A stretch of 62,851 nucleotides of DNA from a virus (Duplodnaviria; Caudoviricetes), in the IMG/VR virus record IMGVR_UViG_3300017914_000417, positions 1 through 62,851 of that record, one strand, 5' to 3'. A program made the translations under genes and the position numbers. Positions 37,540 through 47,561 of this stretch are shown here, one piece after another (positions within the stretch are counted from its first letter, which is position 1; the number at the start of each line of letters is the position of its first letter). The notes under the pieces were generated by a model. The model did no database searches, had not been told where the DNA came from, and was given only the letters and a program-made list of their open reading frames with translations.

Positions 37540-37576
37540 TAAACAAAAAGAAAGGGCGAGTAAAAACCCGCCCTTT
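37540..37576 (-). terminator. Intrinsic terminator after major capsid gene
   Basis: AAAGGGCGGGT-TTTT-ACTCGCCCTTT then CTTTTTGTTT on minus strand. Confidence 0.8.
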
Positions 37577-37598
37577 AAGTTTCCAGGGAGGAAACTGA

Positions 37599-38507
37599 TT
37601 ATGCGCCTGGTGAACCGTAGATACCCAGTGGGTCGGATACACCGAATGAATAACGCTCACGAGCCTTGTAGCGGCTGTTGCCTGTGTCAAAGTCTGCATC
37701 CATAGATGTAGCCATTGGTGAACGGACAAAGTGCTTCAGACCGTTAGGAACGTCAGTCATCAGGAACCATGCGTCAGTGTCTGTCAGGTAGTGGTTCACT
37801 GTATAACCTTCTGGAATTGAACCGTTATTACGGATCGCATTCAGATCGTTATCAGAAGTTGAAACACGACCTTCTGTTTCTAGCAGGCGAGTTGCTACGA
37901 ACTGCAATGCTGGTGGAATTACCAGCTTGCGAGGCTTAGCAGCAATCAGCAGGCCACGCTCGTCTGTCCAACCAGCAATCTGGATAACAGCAGCTTCAAG
38001 TGAAGTTTCGTTAAGGTCAGATGCAGTTGAAGGACGATTTGAGTTTGTGCCGCCACTAACAAGTGGGTGATCGGTAGCAGCTAGTGACTTACCGTCGCCA
38101 TATGTTGTGTTGGCATCAAACGCGTTGTTAAGGATTGATGCAGCCTTAACCTGCTTAGTGTACGCCATTGCACGAGCCAGAGCTTTGGTGTAACGAGCAG
38201 ACAGAGAATCGTAGAGGTTGTCCTCGATTGCTTCTTCTGTGATGCTGAAGCCCATAGCCACTGTTTCGTGGTTGTAGCGTGCAGTCCAGGCTTCCTGCGC
38301 TGCATCGTATTCGATGGCAGCACCCTCACCTTTTACAGGTGCGGCTGAGAAGCCTGATAATTTAGTTTCTTCCTCAAATGAACGATCTGAGGACTCAGTT
38401 TCAAAGATTTCGGCGTGTTCTTCACCGTACTTTGCATACTCCAACCCGAACAATGCGTTGAGGCCAGGAAGGAGTTCTTTAAGTAATTGTGCTCTTGAAA
38501 TAGCCAT
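37599..38507 (-). CDS. Major capsid protein
   Basis: 302 aa, MAISRAQLLKELLPGLNALFGLEY; strong codon bias; follows scaffold; terminator downstream. Confidence 0.85.
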   Translation of the reverse strand: MAISRAQLLKELLPGLNALFGLEYAKYGEEHAEIFETESSDRSFEEETKLSGFSAAPVKGEGAAIEYDAAQEAWTARYNHETVAMGFSITEEAIEDNLYDSLSARYTKALARAMAYTKQVKAASILNNAFDANTTYGDGKSLAATDHPLVSGGTNSNRPSTASDLNETSLEAAVIQIAGWTDERGLLIAAKPRKLVIPPALQFVATRLLETEGRVSTSDNDLNAIRNNGSIPEGYTVNHYLTDTDAWFLMTDVPNGLKHFVRSPMATSMDADFDTGNSRYKARERYSFGVSDPLGIYGSPGA

Positions 38508-38519
38508 AACCTAAGCTCC

Positions 38520-39113
38520 TTAAATGCCAGTAGTGTTATCGAACTGATGCCCTGCGTTCCACTTTACATACGCTTCTGTGAAACCGCCTGATGAGTTCTT
38601 AGTCTCTTCGACCAGACCCACAACACGGAAAGGAAGTGTAGCAGTGGTTGCAGATGTATCGGAAATGCCAGACTTAGAGTTACCAGTTGTGGTAGACCCT
38701 GTGTTGTCCACACCCGCTACGTTTGCACCAATGTCTGTGATAGCCATATCACCGATAGTAGTACCAGATGATAAGATTGCGACCTTAAACAGAACGTCTG
38801 TTGTATCGCAAACATAGGCTTGGATATCATCAGCTGCTGTAGAAGCAGGATAATATTGCTGGAAGGTTTTTTGCTTAGTGTTAGGGTCTGTGTAAGAACA
38901 GCCTAAGAAAACACCAATAGGTGTCATAGCAGCATCGAACGTATCGCGCTCGACAGTGCCCCCAGTAACAAGTTTCACAGCGTCGCCATTGAAAATGCTA
39001 GTACCGTAGTTATTAGCAATTGAATACTGACGTGTCACGCCAGCGTATGGAGTACCGCTCAACAATTTTACTGGAACTAGTCCGTAAGGACCATCAACAG
39101 TTGGATATGCCAT
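38520..39113 (-). CDS. Capsid decoration/minor capsid protein
   Basis: 197 aa beta-rich protein directly upstream of MCP. Confidence 0.6.
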   Translation of the reverse strand: MAYPTVDGPYGLVPVKLLSGTPYAGVTRQYSIANNYGTSIFNGDAVKLVTGGTVERDTFDAAMTPIGVFLGCSYTDPNTKQKTFQQYYPASTAADDIQAYVCDTTDVLFKVAILSSGTTIGDMAITDIGANVAGVDNTGSTTTGNSKSGISDTSATTATLPFRVVGLVEETKNSSGGFTEAYVKWNAGHQFDNTTGI

Positions 39114-39135
39114 ATCCGTAGCTCCTTAGTAAAGA

Positions 39136-39594
39136 TTAAGTTCCCTTGCCGAAAGTAACCTTAGATTTCCTATCGTTAAACAGAGGCATCCGAGGATCAC
39201 TTTCTCTCATAAGGTTGTTGTCAACAGAATCCATCTGAGCTTTAGTCTGAGCCCTAAAGTACTCAGTCCGCTCCTCAGCTAGTTCTTTTGGAGCCTTACA
39301 CAGCATCAAACCACCAATAACTACGTTATCCTTGAACTTCTCGTTCTCGACTGTGACCATAGTGATCTCAGGGTGATCAGAGGCTTTGACTGGCTCCCAA
39401 CCTTGTCTAAGTTTTGAGGAGACGTTAGTAGCGTCTACCGTTCCTTGAGTTGCTACACGCACCCAGTAGAAATCGTACCCAGGCTCAGGATTCGGAGATG
39501 GTAGCACCTCTGGACGCTGCCAAGCCCGTTTGCGGGTATCTTTTTTCTCGCGGGTATCTAGCTCTCTATCTAAACGATTCTCAGCCATTTTCAT
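39136..39594 (-). CDS. Conserved head-module hypothetical protein
   Basis: PEPGYDFYWVR, GWEPV, IGGLMLCK. Confidence 0.65.
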   Translation of the reverse strand: MKMAENRLDRELDTREKKDTRKRAWQRPEVLPSPNPEPGYDFYWVRVATQGTVDATNVSSKLRQGWEPVKASDHPEITMVTVENEKFKDNVVIGGLMLCKAPKELAEERTEYFRAQTKAQMDSVDNNLMRESDPRMPLFNDRKSKVTFGKGT

Positions 39595-40621
39595 TCCTCA
39601 TATCTTTTGCAACCTGTAAGGCGTATTGTTCGGGGGTAAGACCTAGTCTCTTAGCCAAAGTAACTTGCGTTTGCGTTAACCTAATCTTCTTAGGTGCTGT
39701 GCTCCGCGTTGCGGGTGCAACCACATTGCTACTCGGGGTAGGGGCTTCGACCTCTTCCTCGATTGTTGAATCGGTATCCTCAAACTGGTCGGGGAATACC
39801 TGTCGCATACGCGCATCAATGCGCTGGTAGTAATCTTCGGTCGAGGGATTAACACCCTCTTTGACAAGTTTGTTATGCAGCCCCAACGCAAAACTTGTCA
39901 TTTCATCATCAGATCCGAACCAAGTGTTTGTGGATGTCCACTCTTTTAGCTTTGGATCCATATCCGCAGGGGCGGGTTGTGTCTCTTCTTGTTGTACAGT
40001 GTTTGCTGACTGTTGTAAAGGCGGTATCTTAAAGTTAGCTAGCCTGTCACTTTTCATAGTGGCGTTAGTTACCTGTTGCTGTGCATCAGCTACGGCATCT
40101 GCGTCACCTGACTCGTACGCTTGCTTAAAACGAGCTTTAGCGCCTAGAAGTTCTGCCTCAGCATTTTTCTTAGCCTGATCTAGCAAAGCTTCTTGGTTCT
40201 TTAGTACGTCTGCCTTCAGCTTCTCGTTTTCAGCTATAATACGCTTTGCAAGATCAGCAGCTTCCTGCCGTTCCCTTTCAGCAGCTTCTTTAGCGCGGCG
40301 TTCGTCGTGGTAGCCTTTGCTGAAGTGCTGTATGCGCTTTCTTACTTTCTCAGAGTAATCTTCCAGCTCTTCATCCGTGACATCAGAAGGCGGCTCTGAC
40401 GCTTTGCGATTGCGATCAGCCTTTGGTGTGTCGTCGACAATCTCAATCTCAGGTTCATCCTTAGCAGGAACAGGCTCACTTTTAGCTCTGTAATCTTCTG
40501 CCGTACTCTTTCCCGATACATCAATCTCTACCTCGCTCGACGATTCAATCTCAATATCTTGAGACTTCTGTTTATCCTCAGTTTCATGAGGAAACTCATA
40601 TTCTACCTTTTGCAGTGGCAT
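39581..40621 (-). CDS. Capsid scaffolding protein (putative)
   Basis: Acidic N-terminus, long coiled coil, C-terminal AKRLGLTPEQYA; between portal and MCP. Confidence 0.65.
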   Translation of the reverse strand: MPLQKVEYEFPHETEDKQKSQDIEIESSSEVEIDVSGKSTAEDYRAKSEPVPAKDEPEIEIVDDTPKADRNRKASEPPSDVTDEELEDYSEKVRKRIQHFSKGYHDERRAKEAAERERQEAADLAKRIIAENEKLKADVLKNQEALLDQAKKNAEAELLGAKARFKQAYESGDADAVADAQQQVTNATMKSDRLANFKIPPLQQSANTVQQEETQPAPADMDPKLKEWTSTNTWFGSDDEMTSFALGLHNKLVKEGVNPSTEDYYQRIDARMRQVFPDQFEDTDSTIEEEVEAPTPSSNVVAPATRSTAPKKIRLTQTQVTLAKRLGLTPEQYALQVAKDMRNENG

Positions 40622-40630
40622 CTGTTACTC

Positions 40631-41005
40631 CTATACAGTCATGATTCCTGAAGGGTCTGGAATAACCGCTTCAACTGAATCATCATTCATTAACCTAAAC
40701 TCTTTCCCGTTTACCTTAAAACGAGTACCTGTGTTCATACGGAACATTACGTAATCCCCAGGTTTACACCATGCGCCTTCAGGGAATCGCTCCTTGTCAG
40801 AGTACGCCCCTTCGCCCATATCTAATACAACCCCCATAATGGACATAATGTATTCGCGGTGCTTCTGCGTGTCGGTTTTGAGAATGCCTGTATCTTTGAA
40901 ATGCTCTTCTACATCAGGGAGCGCTACCAAGATACGATAGCCTACGGGTTTTGGAAGCTGTGCTTCCCATGCTTCTTCTGTTATTTTCTGAGCTGGTTCA
41001 CTCAT
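40631..41005 (-). CDS. groES: GroES-like co-chaperonin
   Basis: PVGYRILV...GVVLDMG...WCKPGDYVMF...FRLMNDDSVEAV matches the Cpn10 pattern. Confidence 0.8.
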   Translation of the reverse strand: MSEPAQKITEEAWEAQLPKPVGYRILVALPDVEEHFKDTGILKTDTQKHREYIMSIMGVVLDMGEGAYSDKERFPEGAWCKPGDYVMFRMNTGTRFKVNGKEFRLMNDDSVEAVIPDPSGIMTV

Positions 41006-41195
41006 CATCTGACTCCAAATAGTTTTTCGCAAGGTCTTCTACGTGATTGCGGCAGGCGTCCAGACCTCGGATGACCCCTACGACTTCCTTGTAAGCAGCA
41101 AAGTCTTGCGCTCCGCCACCACCAAGAAACTGTTGTGCTGATTGTTTATCTTCGTCAATTTTTTCTATAAGCACGTCAAAGACGGTTTTAGCCAT
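40998..41195 (-). CDS. Hypothetical protein
   Basis: 65 aa helical; coupled to portal stop. Confidence 0.65.
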   Translation of the reverse strand: MAKTVFDVLIEKIDEDKQSAQQFLGGGGAQDFAAYKEVVGVIRGLDACRNHVEDLAKNYLESDDE

Positions 41196-43609
41196 TATTT
41201 ACCTTTCAACAAGTTTATCATATCCATACCCGCTTGGTTCTTGGTCTTAACGGTCTCATTACGAGACTTTACACCTGCTTTACGGGCTTCGAGTTTGATT
41301 TCCGCTTTATCAATAGCGGTATCATTTTTATCTTTCTCGATTTTACGCTTAAGCTCAGCAGCTTGCAGTTGTAGGTCGGCCTGATCTTTGGCCTTCTTAC
41401 GCTGAACTTCTTCAAGTTTTGCCTGTGCTTCCATCTGTCTGATCTGCAAGTTCGGATCTTGTGCTTGCTGCTCAGCCTGTTTCTGAGCTGCTTGCTGCTG
41501 GTGAGCTTGAGTAAGCTGTTGTCCAGCATCAGATACAAGACGAGATAGTTGGACTTCGATTTCTTCAGGCAGCTCTTCGTTCGGCGGTGGCAATTCAACA
41601 CCCAACCGTTCTTCAATCTGCTGTCTGTACTGGAATCCAAGATGCTCAGCAATATGCGCTTGGAGTGACGACATAATTTGCTGTGCTTGTGGGTTCTGTC
41701 CAATCATCTGCGCTATCATAGGATCTTGCATAAATGACATATGTGCGGAGATATGTGCTTGATGATCTTGGTATATGAAGGCTTTCATTGGCTTGCCAAC
41801 CAATGCCGCCATGTTCTCGCTTACAGGATCTGTAGGTTTGGCGTCGTCCGAAGTAGGTACGAGTTTATCTGCGTTCTTAACTCCAAGAACTTCTATCATC
41901 TGCCTATGTAACTGAGGTAGGTCATAGATCTGAGGCGCAGACTGTGCCATCTGTAGCACGGCCTGGTACTGTACGACACGTTGTGCCATAGTAGAGCTGT
42001 TAGGGTCACTAACGGGTATTACGTCAACCATCATGTAGTCTGCTTGACGTGCGCTGATTTCTCCCCGTACAGGTTCGTAATCGTAGTCTATAGGTGCGTA
42101 CTCAGCCATAATTGACTTAAGTAGTTTAAACTCTTGCTTCATGGCGTAGTGTACACGAGACTGTACAGCAGCCATTGGTTTCAGAGTGCGCTCCAGAAGT
42201 GCAAGTGTTGTACCCACAGGAGCGTTTGCAGACATGTCAGAGATGTTCATGTCCGAGATCGCGCCAAGTCTGCGGCCTTCCTGCGTAATCTTATCGAGCA
42301 GGGCCAACAGTGTCTGGCTTGGTTCTTTGTATGGCATAGGCATGATGTTGTCGCGTATGCTGCCTGAAGGCACGTCAACATCTTTCCACTCACCAGGTTC
42401 TACTGGTCTATCATCCCCCTTGATACGGAGTCCTCTGGACTTCAAACCCCCTGGGAGATTAGATAGGGTTCCAGCATCTACTAGCTGACGTATCAAGGAG
42501 GTGCCAGCCCGTGCATACCCACCGATGATATGGATCAACCCAAGCCCATAGAACCCAAAACCTGGGACATATGGGTAGTGGACGAAGTGCTGACGCTTCA
42601 GTGTCAGTCTATCTTCAGGGTTCCAGTTCCTCCGTATACCCAGAACTTCACCCGATCCAACCTCAATGGTCACAACATATGGCTTGGCAATCTCCTCTTC
42701 TGAATCATCTATTCCGTCAATAACTAGATCTGCGTGAACCTCGTACAACGCAAAGCGGTTGTCGTCTGTCAACGAGTACCCGCCCTCTTCTGCTTTCCGC
42801 TCCTCAATATCGGAGTGGTATGGCTGTGGCTCGCCCAAGTCTATATCTCTATAGAACCCGACGGCCTGTAACTTCTTAAGTTCGTTCTTGGTCTTACGCA
42901 TCACATGAGTAACGCGTTCTGCTGTTTCGATGTGGGTGGCACCGTAAGGTACGATAACATCTTCAGCTGGGATAAACAGAGCAACCTGCCGCCCCATATT
43001 TGGATCGTAGTACACTTTCTTGAAAGCAGAACCTGACAAGCCCAAGCTGTAGAGCAAACGCTCGTGCTCTGGTCTGTACTCAACCATGTTCTCGGTGAGC
43101 TGGTAGTTCATGTCTGCTTTTACTCGTGCAGATGCGTCTACTTTATCTTTTGTTTCTTCGCCTAAGATTTTGACCTTTACAGGGCCAGCGGCAGGGAAAG
43201 TTTCGGACATAGTCTCAGCCTGAAAGCGGATGGCAGCTTCCGCTAAGACTGTAGAGTATACGCCACATGCACCTTCCCACGGATCAGTGCGCTCCTCATA
43301 CTTGAAGCCAAGAACATCTAAACCCTTGACGAAAGTATCCGCCCACTCTTTACGGCTGTCCTCGTCACTCTCGATAGCCGCCATCAGCTCATCAGAGATC
43401 ATACTAAGTACATCGTCATCTAACCCTTCGGCTAGATTGGCGTCGAACGACATTACATCTCCGACATCGGCATCGGGGATAATAGTAATCTCCATACTAC
43501 CGTCATCTAATGTAACGGACTCTGGGTTAACAACTTCTATCTCTAGAGGCTGCGTCTGTTCTTCATCTAACCCTGTTGGGGCTTGGTATACGCTTTTTTC
43601 TACTGCCAT
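41195..43609 (-). CDS. Portal protein (P22-like, long C-terminal barrel)
   Basis: 804 aa after TerL; GSAFKKVYYD, FYGLGLIH; Gln-rich C-terminal coil. Confidence 0.85.
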   Translation of the reverse strand: MAVEKSVYQAPTGLDEEQTQPLEIEVVNPESVTLDDGSMEITIIPDADVGDVMSFDANLAEGLDDDVLSMISDELMAAIESDEDSRKEWADTFVKGLDVLGFKYEERTDPWEGACGVYSTVLAEAAIRFQAETMSETFPAAGPVKVKILGEETKDKVDASARVKADMNYQLTENMVEYRPEHERLLYSLGLSGSAFKKVYYDPNMGRQVALFIPAEDVIVPYGATHIETAERVTHVMRKTKNELKKLQAVGFYRDIDLGEPQPYHSDIEERKAEEGGYSLTDDNRFALYEVHADLVIDGIDDSEEEIAKPYVVTIEVGSGEVLGIRRNWNPEDRLTLKRQHFVHYPYVPGFGFYGLGLIHIIGGYARAGTSLIRQLVDAGTLSNLPGGLKSRGLRIKGDDRPVEPGEWKDVDVPSGSIRDNIMPMPYKEPSQTLLALLDKITQEGRRLGAISDMNISDMSANAPVGTTLALLERTLKPMAAVQSRVHYAMKQEFKLLKSIMAEYAPIDYDYEPVRGEISARQADYMMVDVIPVSDPNSSTMAQRVVQYQAVLQMAQSAPQIYDLPQLHRQMIEVLGVKNADKLVPTSDDAKPTDPVSENMAALVGKPMKAFIYQDHQAHISAHMSFMQDPMIAQMIGQNPQAQQIMSSLQAHIAEHLGFQYRQQIEERLGVELPPPNEELPEEIEVQLSRLVSDAGQQLTQAHQQQAAQKQAEQQAQDPNLQIRQMEAQAKLEEVQRKKAKDQADLQLQAAELKRKIEKDKNDTAIDKAEIKLEARKAGVKSRNETVKTKNQAGMDMINLLKGK

Positions 43610-45162
43610 TAGTAATATCCACCACGCCTTTGCCTAAAATACTGAACATCTTCAAGTTCATCTGAAGGCAAACGGATAAATCCACCCTGCCTAAACCTCA
43701 TGAGTGCCATTACGGTAGAGTCTACCAAGTCGTCGTGACTCATGAAAGGAAAACCTGCGATCTCCTCTACTACCTCTTCAGCCCACCGCGTTTGAGGTAC
43801 CCATACCATACCCGAGGCTACAATGTCAGCAACTGAGTTCAATCGTGCTAATTTATCGCCAGTACCTCTGTGCGGTGTGTACTCCTGTACAGGTATACCA
43901 CTTCTTCGCATTTCTTGATAGAGGGCAGTACCTGCACTCTTCTTTTCCACTATAAACGCGTCTGGCTCCCACTCTTCATACTCCTCCATAGCTAGGCGCT
44001 TCAGCTCTGGGAACTCTAAGCGATCCTTAATACTATTTAGCAGTATGATGTGGTGTCCTCCCTCCTCTTCATTTAGGAAGACCCCCCACGTAGTCAATGC
44101 GGTGAAGTCGGCTCGGTTGTGCGTTTCTGCCGCTGCGTCCAACGACATGATAATATATTCACACGGTGGCGGCTGTTCTGCTGTCCACTCACTCCACCAT
44201 TCACGTTTGATGATAGAAGCTTCTTCCGCCGTTGGCTGCTGTTGATACTGGGCGTTCCACTGGAACGTCGGCATCGACGCTTTGGTACGGAGTAGCGCCT
44301 CCATATCGAAGAACTCAGGCCACAGTGGTTTCTCCACCGTTTTACCCTTCTGCTCGATTGACAGTATGGCGGGGAACTCGACAACGTCGTACTGGTCAGC
44401 TCGGTCGTTGTTGCCCATGTCGCGCACAACTCTACCTGTAAGGTCGTCCATGTGCCAACGTGTTTGTATGATAGCTACCTTACCCCCAGGCATGAGACGG
44501 GTACGAGCACCGAAGGTAAACCACTCATACGCTTTCTCAAAAACCTCGAAGTTTCCGTTAATTACGTCCTGTTCTGAATGTGGATCGTCAACTAACAGCA
44601 GATGAGCACCGCGACCAGCCAGCGCCGACCCGATACCACAGGCGTAGTATTCGCCCCCTACATTTGTGTTCCATCTACCCGCCGACTTACTATCTGAAGC
44701 CAACGCAACGGTAGGGAATATTTCTTTATACTGGTCTGAGGCGATCATATTACGCACTTTACGCCCAAAATCGACCGCCAAATCAGTAGTATGGGACACC
44801 ATCATGACTTTTTTGTCTGGATTTCGCCCCAAAAACCACGCTGGAAACATGATAGATACTAGTTGTGATTTACCATGTCTCGGTGGTATATTTACACAGA
44901 TGCGGTCTTTATCACCGCTCTCAATACCCATTAACATGTTTGCAAGCAGTCTGTGGTGCTTACCCACGATGTAATCAGGCTGCATATGCTTACAAAATTC
45001 GATGAGATCGTCATATGCTTTCTTATATTGTTGCCGCGTATGTACTTCAGACACAAGACGGTCGATCTCTGCGACCTCGTCGGGAGAAAAAGCGTCGAGA
45101 TTGGCTAGCATATGCTCGATGTCGTCTTCAGAAAACGAAAAATCGCTGCCAGGAGTGCTCAT
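43609..45162 (-). CDS. terL: Terminase large subunit
   Basis: NIPPRHGKS, LLLVDDP, IQTRWH, SLDAA, HDDLVDS. Confidence 0.92.
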   Translation of the reverse strand: MSTPGSDFSFSEDDIEHMLANLDAFSPDEVAEIDRLVSEVHTRQQYKKAYDDLIEFCKHMQPDYIVGKHHRLLANMLMGIESGDKDRICVNIPPRHGKSQLVSIMFPAWFLGRNPDKKVMMVSHTTDLAVDFGRKVRNMIASDQYKEIFPTVALASDSKSAGRWNTNVGGEYYACGIGSALAGRGAHLLLVDDPHSEQDVINGNFEVFEKAYEWFTFGARTRLMPGGKVAIIQTRWHMDDLTGRVVRDMGNNDRADQYDVVEFPAILSIEQKGKTVEKPLWPEFFDMEALLRTKASMPTFQWNAQYQQQPTAEEASIIKREWWSEWTAEQPPPCEYIIMSLDAAAETHNRADFTALTTWGVFLNEEEGGHHIILLNSIKDRLEFPELKRLAMEEYEEWEPDAFIVEKKSAGTALYQEMRRSGIPVQEYTPHRGTGDKLARLNSVADIVASGMVWVPQTRWAEEVVEEIAGFPFMSHDDLVDSTVMALMRFRQGGFIRLPSDELEDVQYFRQRRGGYY

Positions 45163-45755
45163 GTACTATCCTTTATGCCTAATTCCTCGTCTACATCTAT
45201 GCTGTCACCATCTATCAATACGGCTTCCTCGACTTCTTCATCAGGATTTATCAGTTTTGATAGCTTTGCTCTTAGACTTTCCCGTAATTCTTCGGTTGTC
45301 TTATGAGTAACAGTCACCTCCGTCTTCTCCGAGAACAGGCCTACGTCGGAAATCTTACCCAAAAGCTCTAGCGCACGTATTCTGACCCTCGGATCAGCGT
45401 TGTCAGTCTCCAAAATTAGCTTATTAGTCACCATGTGACGTACTTGCACCGCCGATTGTGCTACAGACTGCCCAAATTCCTGCAAAATATTGTTCGTCAG
45501 GACCAACGAGGCGGGTGTCAGGGACGCTGCACGCCTATTAGTTACCTTTTTAGAGGTATTTTCGGGGTCTTCGGCGTATGCCATGCTTAGTTTTGCTGCT
45601 ATATCCTCGTCTTCTTTGGTCGGATTGACCTCAAGACCGTTCTCTACAAGCACATTTACGGTGCCACATGCAGCTTCTGCCCTAGTTCGTAGGTCTACGT
45701 AGGGGATATCTGGTGTGAAGGGCACACCAATCTCTGGTTCTATCAGTAGTGTCAT
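45159..45755 (-). CDS. Terminase small subunit (putative)
   Basis: Directly upstream of TerL; RIRALELLGK motif. Confidence 0.55.
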   Translation of the reverse strand: MTLLIEPEIGVPFTPDIPYVDLRTRAEAACGTVNVLVENGLEVNPTKEDEDIAAKLSMAYAEDPENTSKKVTNRRAASLTPASLVLTNNILQEFGQSVAQSAVQVRHMVTNKLILETDNADPRVRIRALELLGKISDVGLFSEKTEVTVTHKTTEELRESLRAKLSKLINPDEEVEEAVLIDGDSIDVDEELGIKDST

Positions 45756-45808
45756 GCCATTTTACGCAGGTTGTTAACCGATAGTTACTTTTTATACGCT
45801 AAACTGCG

Positions 45809-46162
45809 CTATTCTTCAATACCCTTATCTTCGTTCCAGTGTAAGATGCGGTGGCAGTTAGCACATAAAGGGATACATTTTTCGGTGGCTTCTTTTTTGG
45901 CGGCACCGTAACGCCCTTGTCCTGATAAAAGATATACATGCGTCATATCTGTTTTGTCTATGTGGTGGAAATCTATGATAGCTGGGTGACTTGCGCCGCA
46001 ATGTTCGCATTTTTGCTCCGCCTTAAATTCAAGCCAATCTTTCTTGTACCGCTTTCGATTTGCCGCAGCGGTTGCTTTGTGTTTTTCCTTGTTCCGTTTG
46101 TACCACTCTTTCTGGTACGCACGGTTATACGCCTTCTGCGCTTCAGGATCTTTATATCCCAC
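45809..46162 (-). CDS. HNH endonuclease
   Basis: CEHC...DFHH...LCANCHRILH; probable GTG start. Confidence 0.8.
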   Translation of the reverse strand: MGYKDPEAQKAYNRAYQKEWYKRNKEKHKATAAANRKRYKKDWLEFKAEQKCEHCGASHPAIIDFHHIDKTDMTHVYLLSGQGRYGAAKKEATEKCIPLCANCHRILHWNEDKGIEE

Positions 46163-46341
46163 GTCTTCCCCCCAGAAGTTGTGGTGTAAATACAATAACA
46201 CAATTTTTTAACGACTTGAAGTTTAGGTACCATAAAGGGGGTACTTCCCTGTGTAAGTATAACGCAGCGGAACCCAAAAAATTACGAATCATTTGTGAAA
46301 ATTAGTATTGCATACGTATACGGTAACAAGCTGACAGAAAC

Positions 46342-46363
46342 GGGGTGTCGGGGTGGGGTAGGG
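46342..46363 (+). other. G-quadruplex-type G-tract motif
   Basis: GGGG-TGTC-GGGG-T-GGGG-TA-GGG. Confidence 0.55.
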
Positions 46364-46456
46364 TTTATCAAATCATGTTAAAAGCTACCTAGTATTTCCA
46401 AGCGATTTGTGCCAGTATTAAATCATGGCGAGGGATGGTCTCTCGCTTCTAACCAT

Positions 46457-46474
46457 GTTAGGGAATTCCCTAAC
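46457..46474. repeat. Palindrome GTTAGGG-AATT-CCCTAAC
   Basis: Read directly; upstream of first early gene. Confidence 0.9.
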
Positions 46475-46499
46475 AGTCATACGAAAAGGAAAACAAGTT

Positions 46500-47021
46500 A
46501 TGACAAATTCAAATATCACTCTTTCTGCTAAGGCATCAACTCTCATTAAAACTTTCGTATCTCGAGAGGCTGGCTATCAAAAAGCCAGAGCCGCATTGCT
46601 GGACGAGCTGGCTAACACTGGCTGGACTAGCGCGCATCTGCGCTCGCCTAAAACTTCTGGACTATGTACGCCAGAGGCATGGGCGGCATTGAACAAGGCG
46701 GTTGCCATGACACTACCGAAAGCCACATGCCAGCTTGTTCTGGCGGATTCGGTTAAAGGCATGACGGATGCGCAGAAAGACAAGCGCAGAAAAGCTATGC
46801 AACAAATCGGCTCGCTGATTAAAGATTTGCGTAACGCAATGGCGAGACGAGAGCCTAAAGAGAGCCGTCCAGTGGTGGCGCCATCTGAGCGCCATCTCAA
46901 ATCGCTTCAGAACATGGTAACATGGATTGACGAGATTGATGGCGAGCCAGCTGGCAAGGCGTTTGATGTAGTCGAGATTAAATCTCAACTCAACAAGTTG
47001 ATTGCCATGATGAGAGGCTAA
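46500..47021 (+). CDS. First early gene, hypothetical helical protein (173 aa)
   Basis: AGGAAAACAAGTT-ATG; palindrome upstream; own terminator. Confidence 0.7.
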   Translation: MTNSNITLSAKASTLIKTFVSREAGYQKARAALLDELANTGWTSAHLRSPKTSGLCTPEAWAALNKAVAMTLPKATCQLVLADSVKGMTDAQKDKRRKAMQQIGSLIKDLRNAMARREPKESRPVVAPSERHLKSLQNMVTWIDEIDGEPAGKAFDVVEIKSQLNKLIAMMRG

Positions 47022-47031
47022 CACCAACGAG

Positions 47032-47061
47032 AAAGGCAGGGTTTTTACCCTGCCTTTTTTT
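47032..47061 (+). terminator. Intrinsic terminator
   Basis: AAAGGCAGGGT-TTTT-ACCCTGCCTTT followed by T-run. Confidence 0.85.
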
Positions 47062-47077
47062 GTGCCTAATTTTTGGC

Positions 47078-47189
47078 GATGCCAGTTCCGTAGCCGCGTC
47101 GAGTTCGTGCATCGCACAGCTACGAGTTTTGTTAGGGACTTCCCTAACACTTGTACTGATGTGATACCAGTTCCGTAGCCGCGTCGAGT
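47078..47189. repeat. Pair of 27-bp direct repeats (47078-47104, 47163-47189)
   Basis: GATRCCAGTTCCGTAGCCGCGTCGAGT, 1 mismatch. Confidence 0.85.
47131..47148. repeat. Palindrome GTTAGGG-ACTT-CCCTAAC
   Basis: Read directly; between the 27-bp direct repeats. Confidence 0.9.
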
Positions 47190-47190
47190 G

Positions 47191-47524
47191 AATGTTCCAA
47201 ATGTTCCTATGAATGTTCCAGAATGTTCCTTTTTATTTCGGCAAAAAGGTACATTAGCAAATCGTGGTAAATCGTGTCGTGCGGTGGTTTACAACGGTAT
47301 CCTGTTAGGGAAATCCCTAACAAATAAGACTATATATATATAATGTTCCTTTTATAAATATTACTATCCACCGTGACGACTAGCCTATAACAAGTGTATG
47401 TATGTTCCTTTATCTGTTCGCTTAGGTATGGCGTAGTGAATACCTCATAAATTAGGGAACATTAGAACATTACAGTTTTTACAGAGACTTACCTGTTCCC
47501 ACATACAGAACATTGTAGAACATT
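47191..47524. repeat. Iteron-like AATGTTCC octamer array in opposing orientations with an (AT)n tract; candidate origin or packaging region
   Basis: AATGTTCC at 47191, 47200, 47212, 47222, 47342; (G/A)GAACATT copies at 47456, 47464 and 47507-47524; TATATATATATA at ~47331. Confidence 0.6.
47304..47321. repeat. Palindrome GTTAGGG-AAAT-CCCTAAC
   Basis: Read directly; inside iteron-like region. Confidence 0.9.
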
Positions 47525-47561
47525 ACATCACTTACCACGTTTTACAACACCTAGTTACGAC

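Noticed and set aside
2591-45702. Numerous plus-strand ORFs of 60-270 aa opposite the late genes
   Set aside because: Ser/Pro/Val-rich antisense shadows of minus-strand genes with no recognisable motifs.
47078-47189. Mini-CRISPR array
   Set aside because: Only two repeats, a 58-bp spacer containing a genome-wide motif, and no cas operon; the Cas4-like nuclease sits in the replication module.
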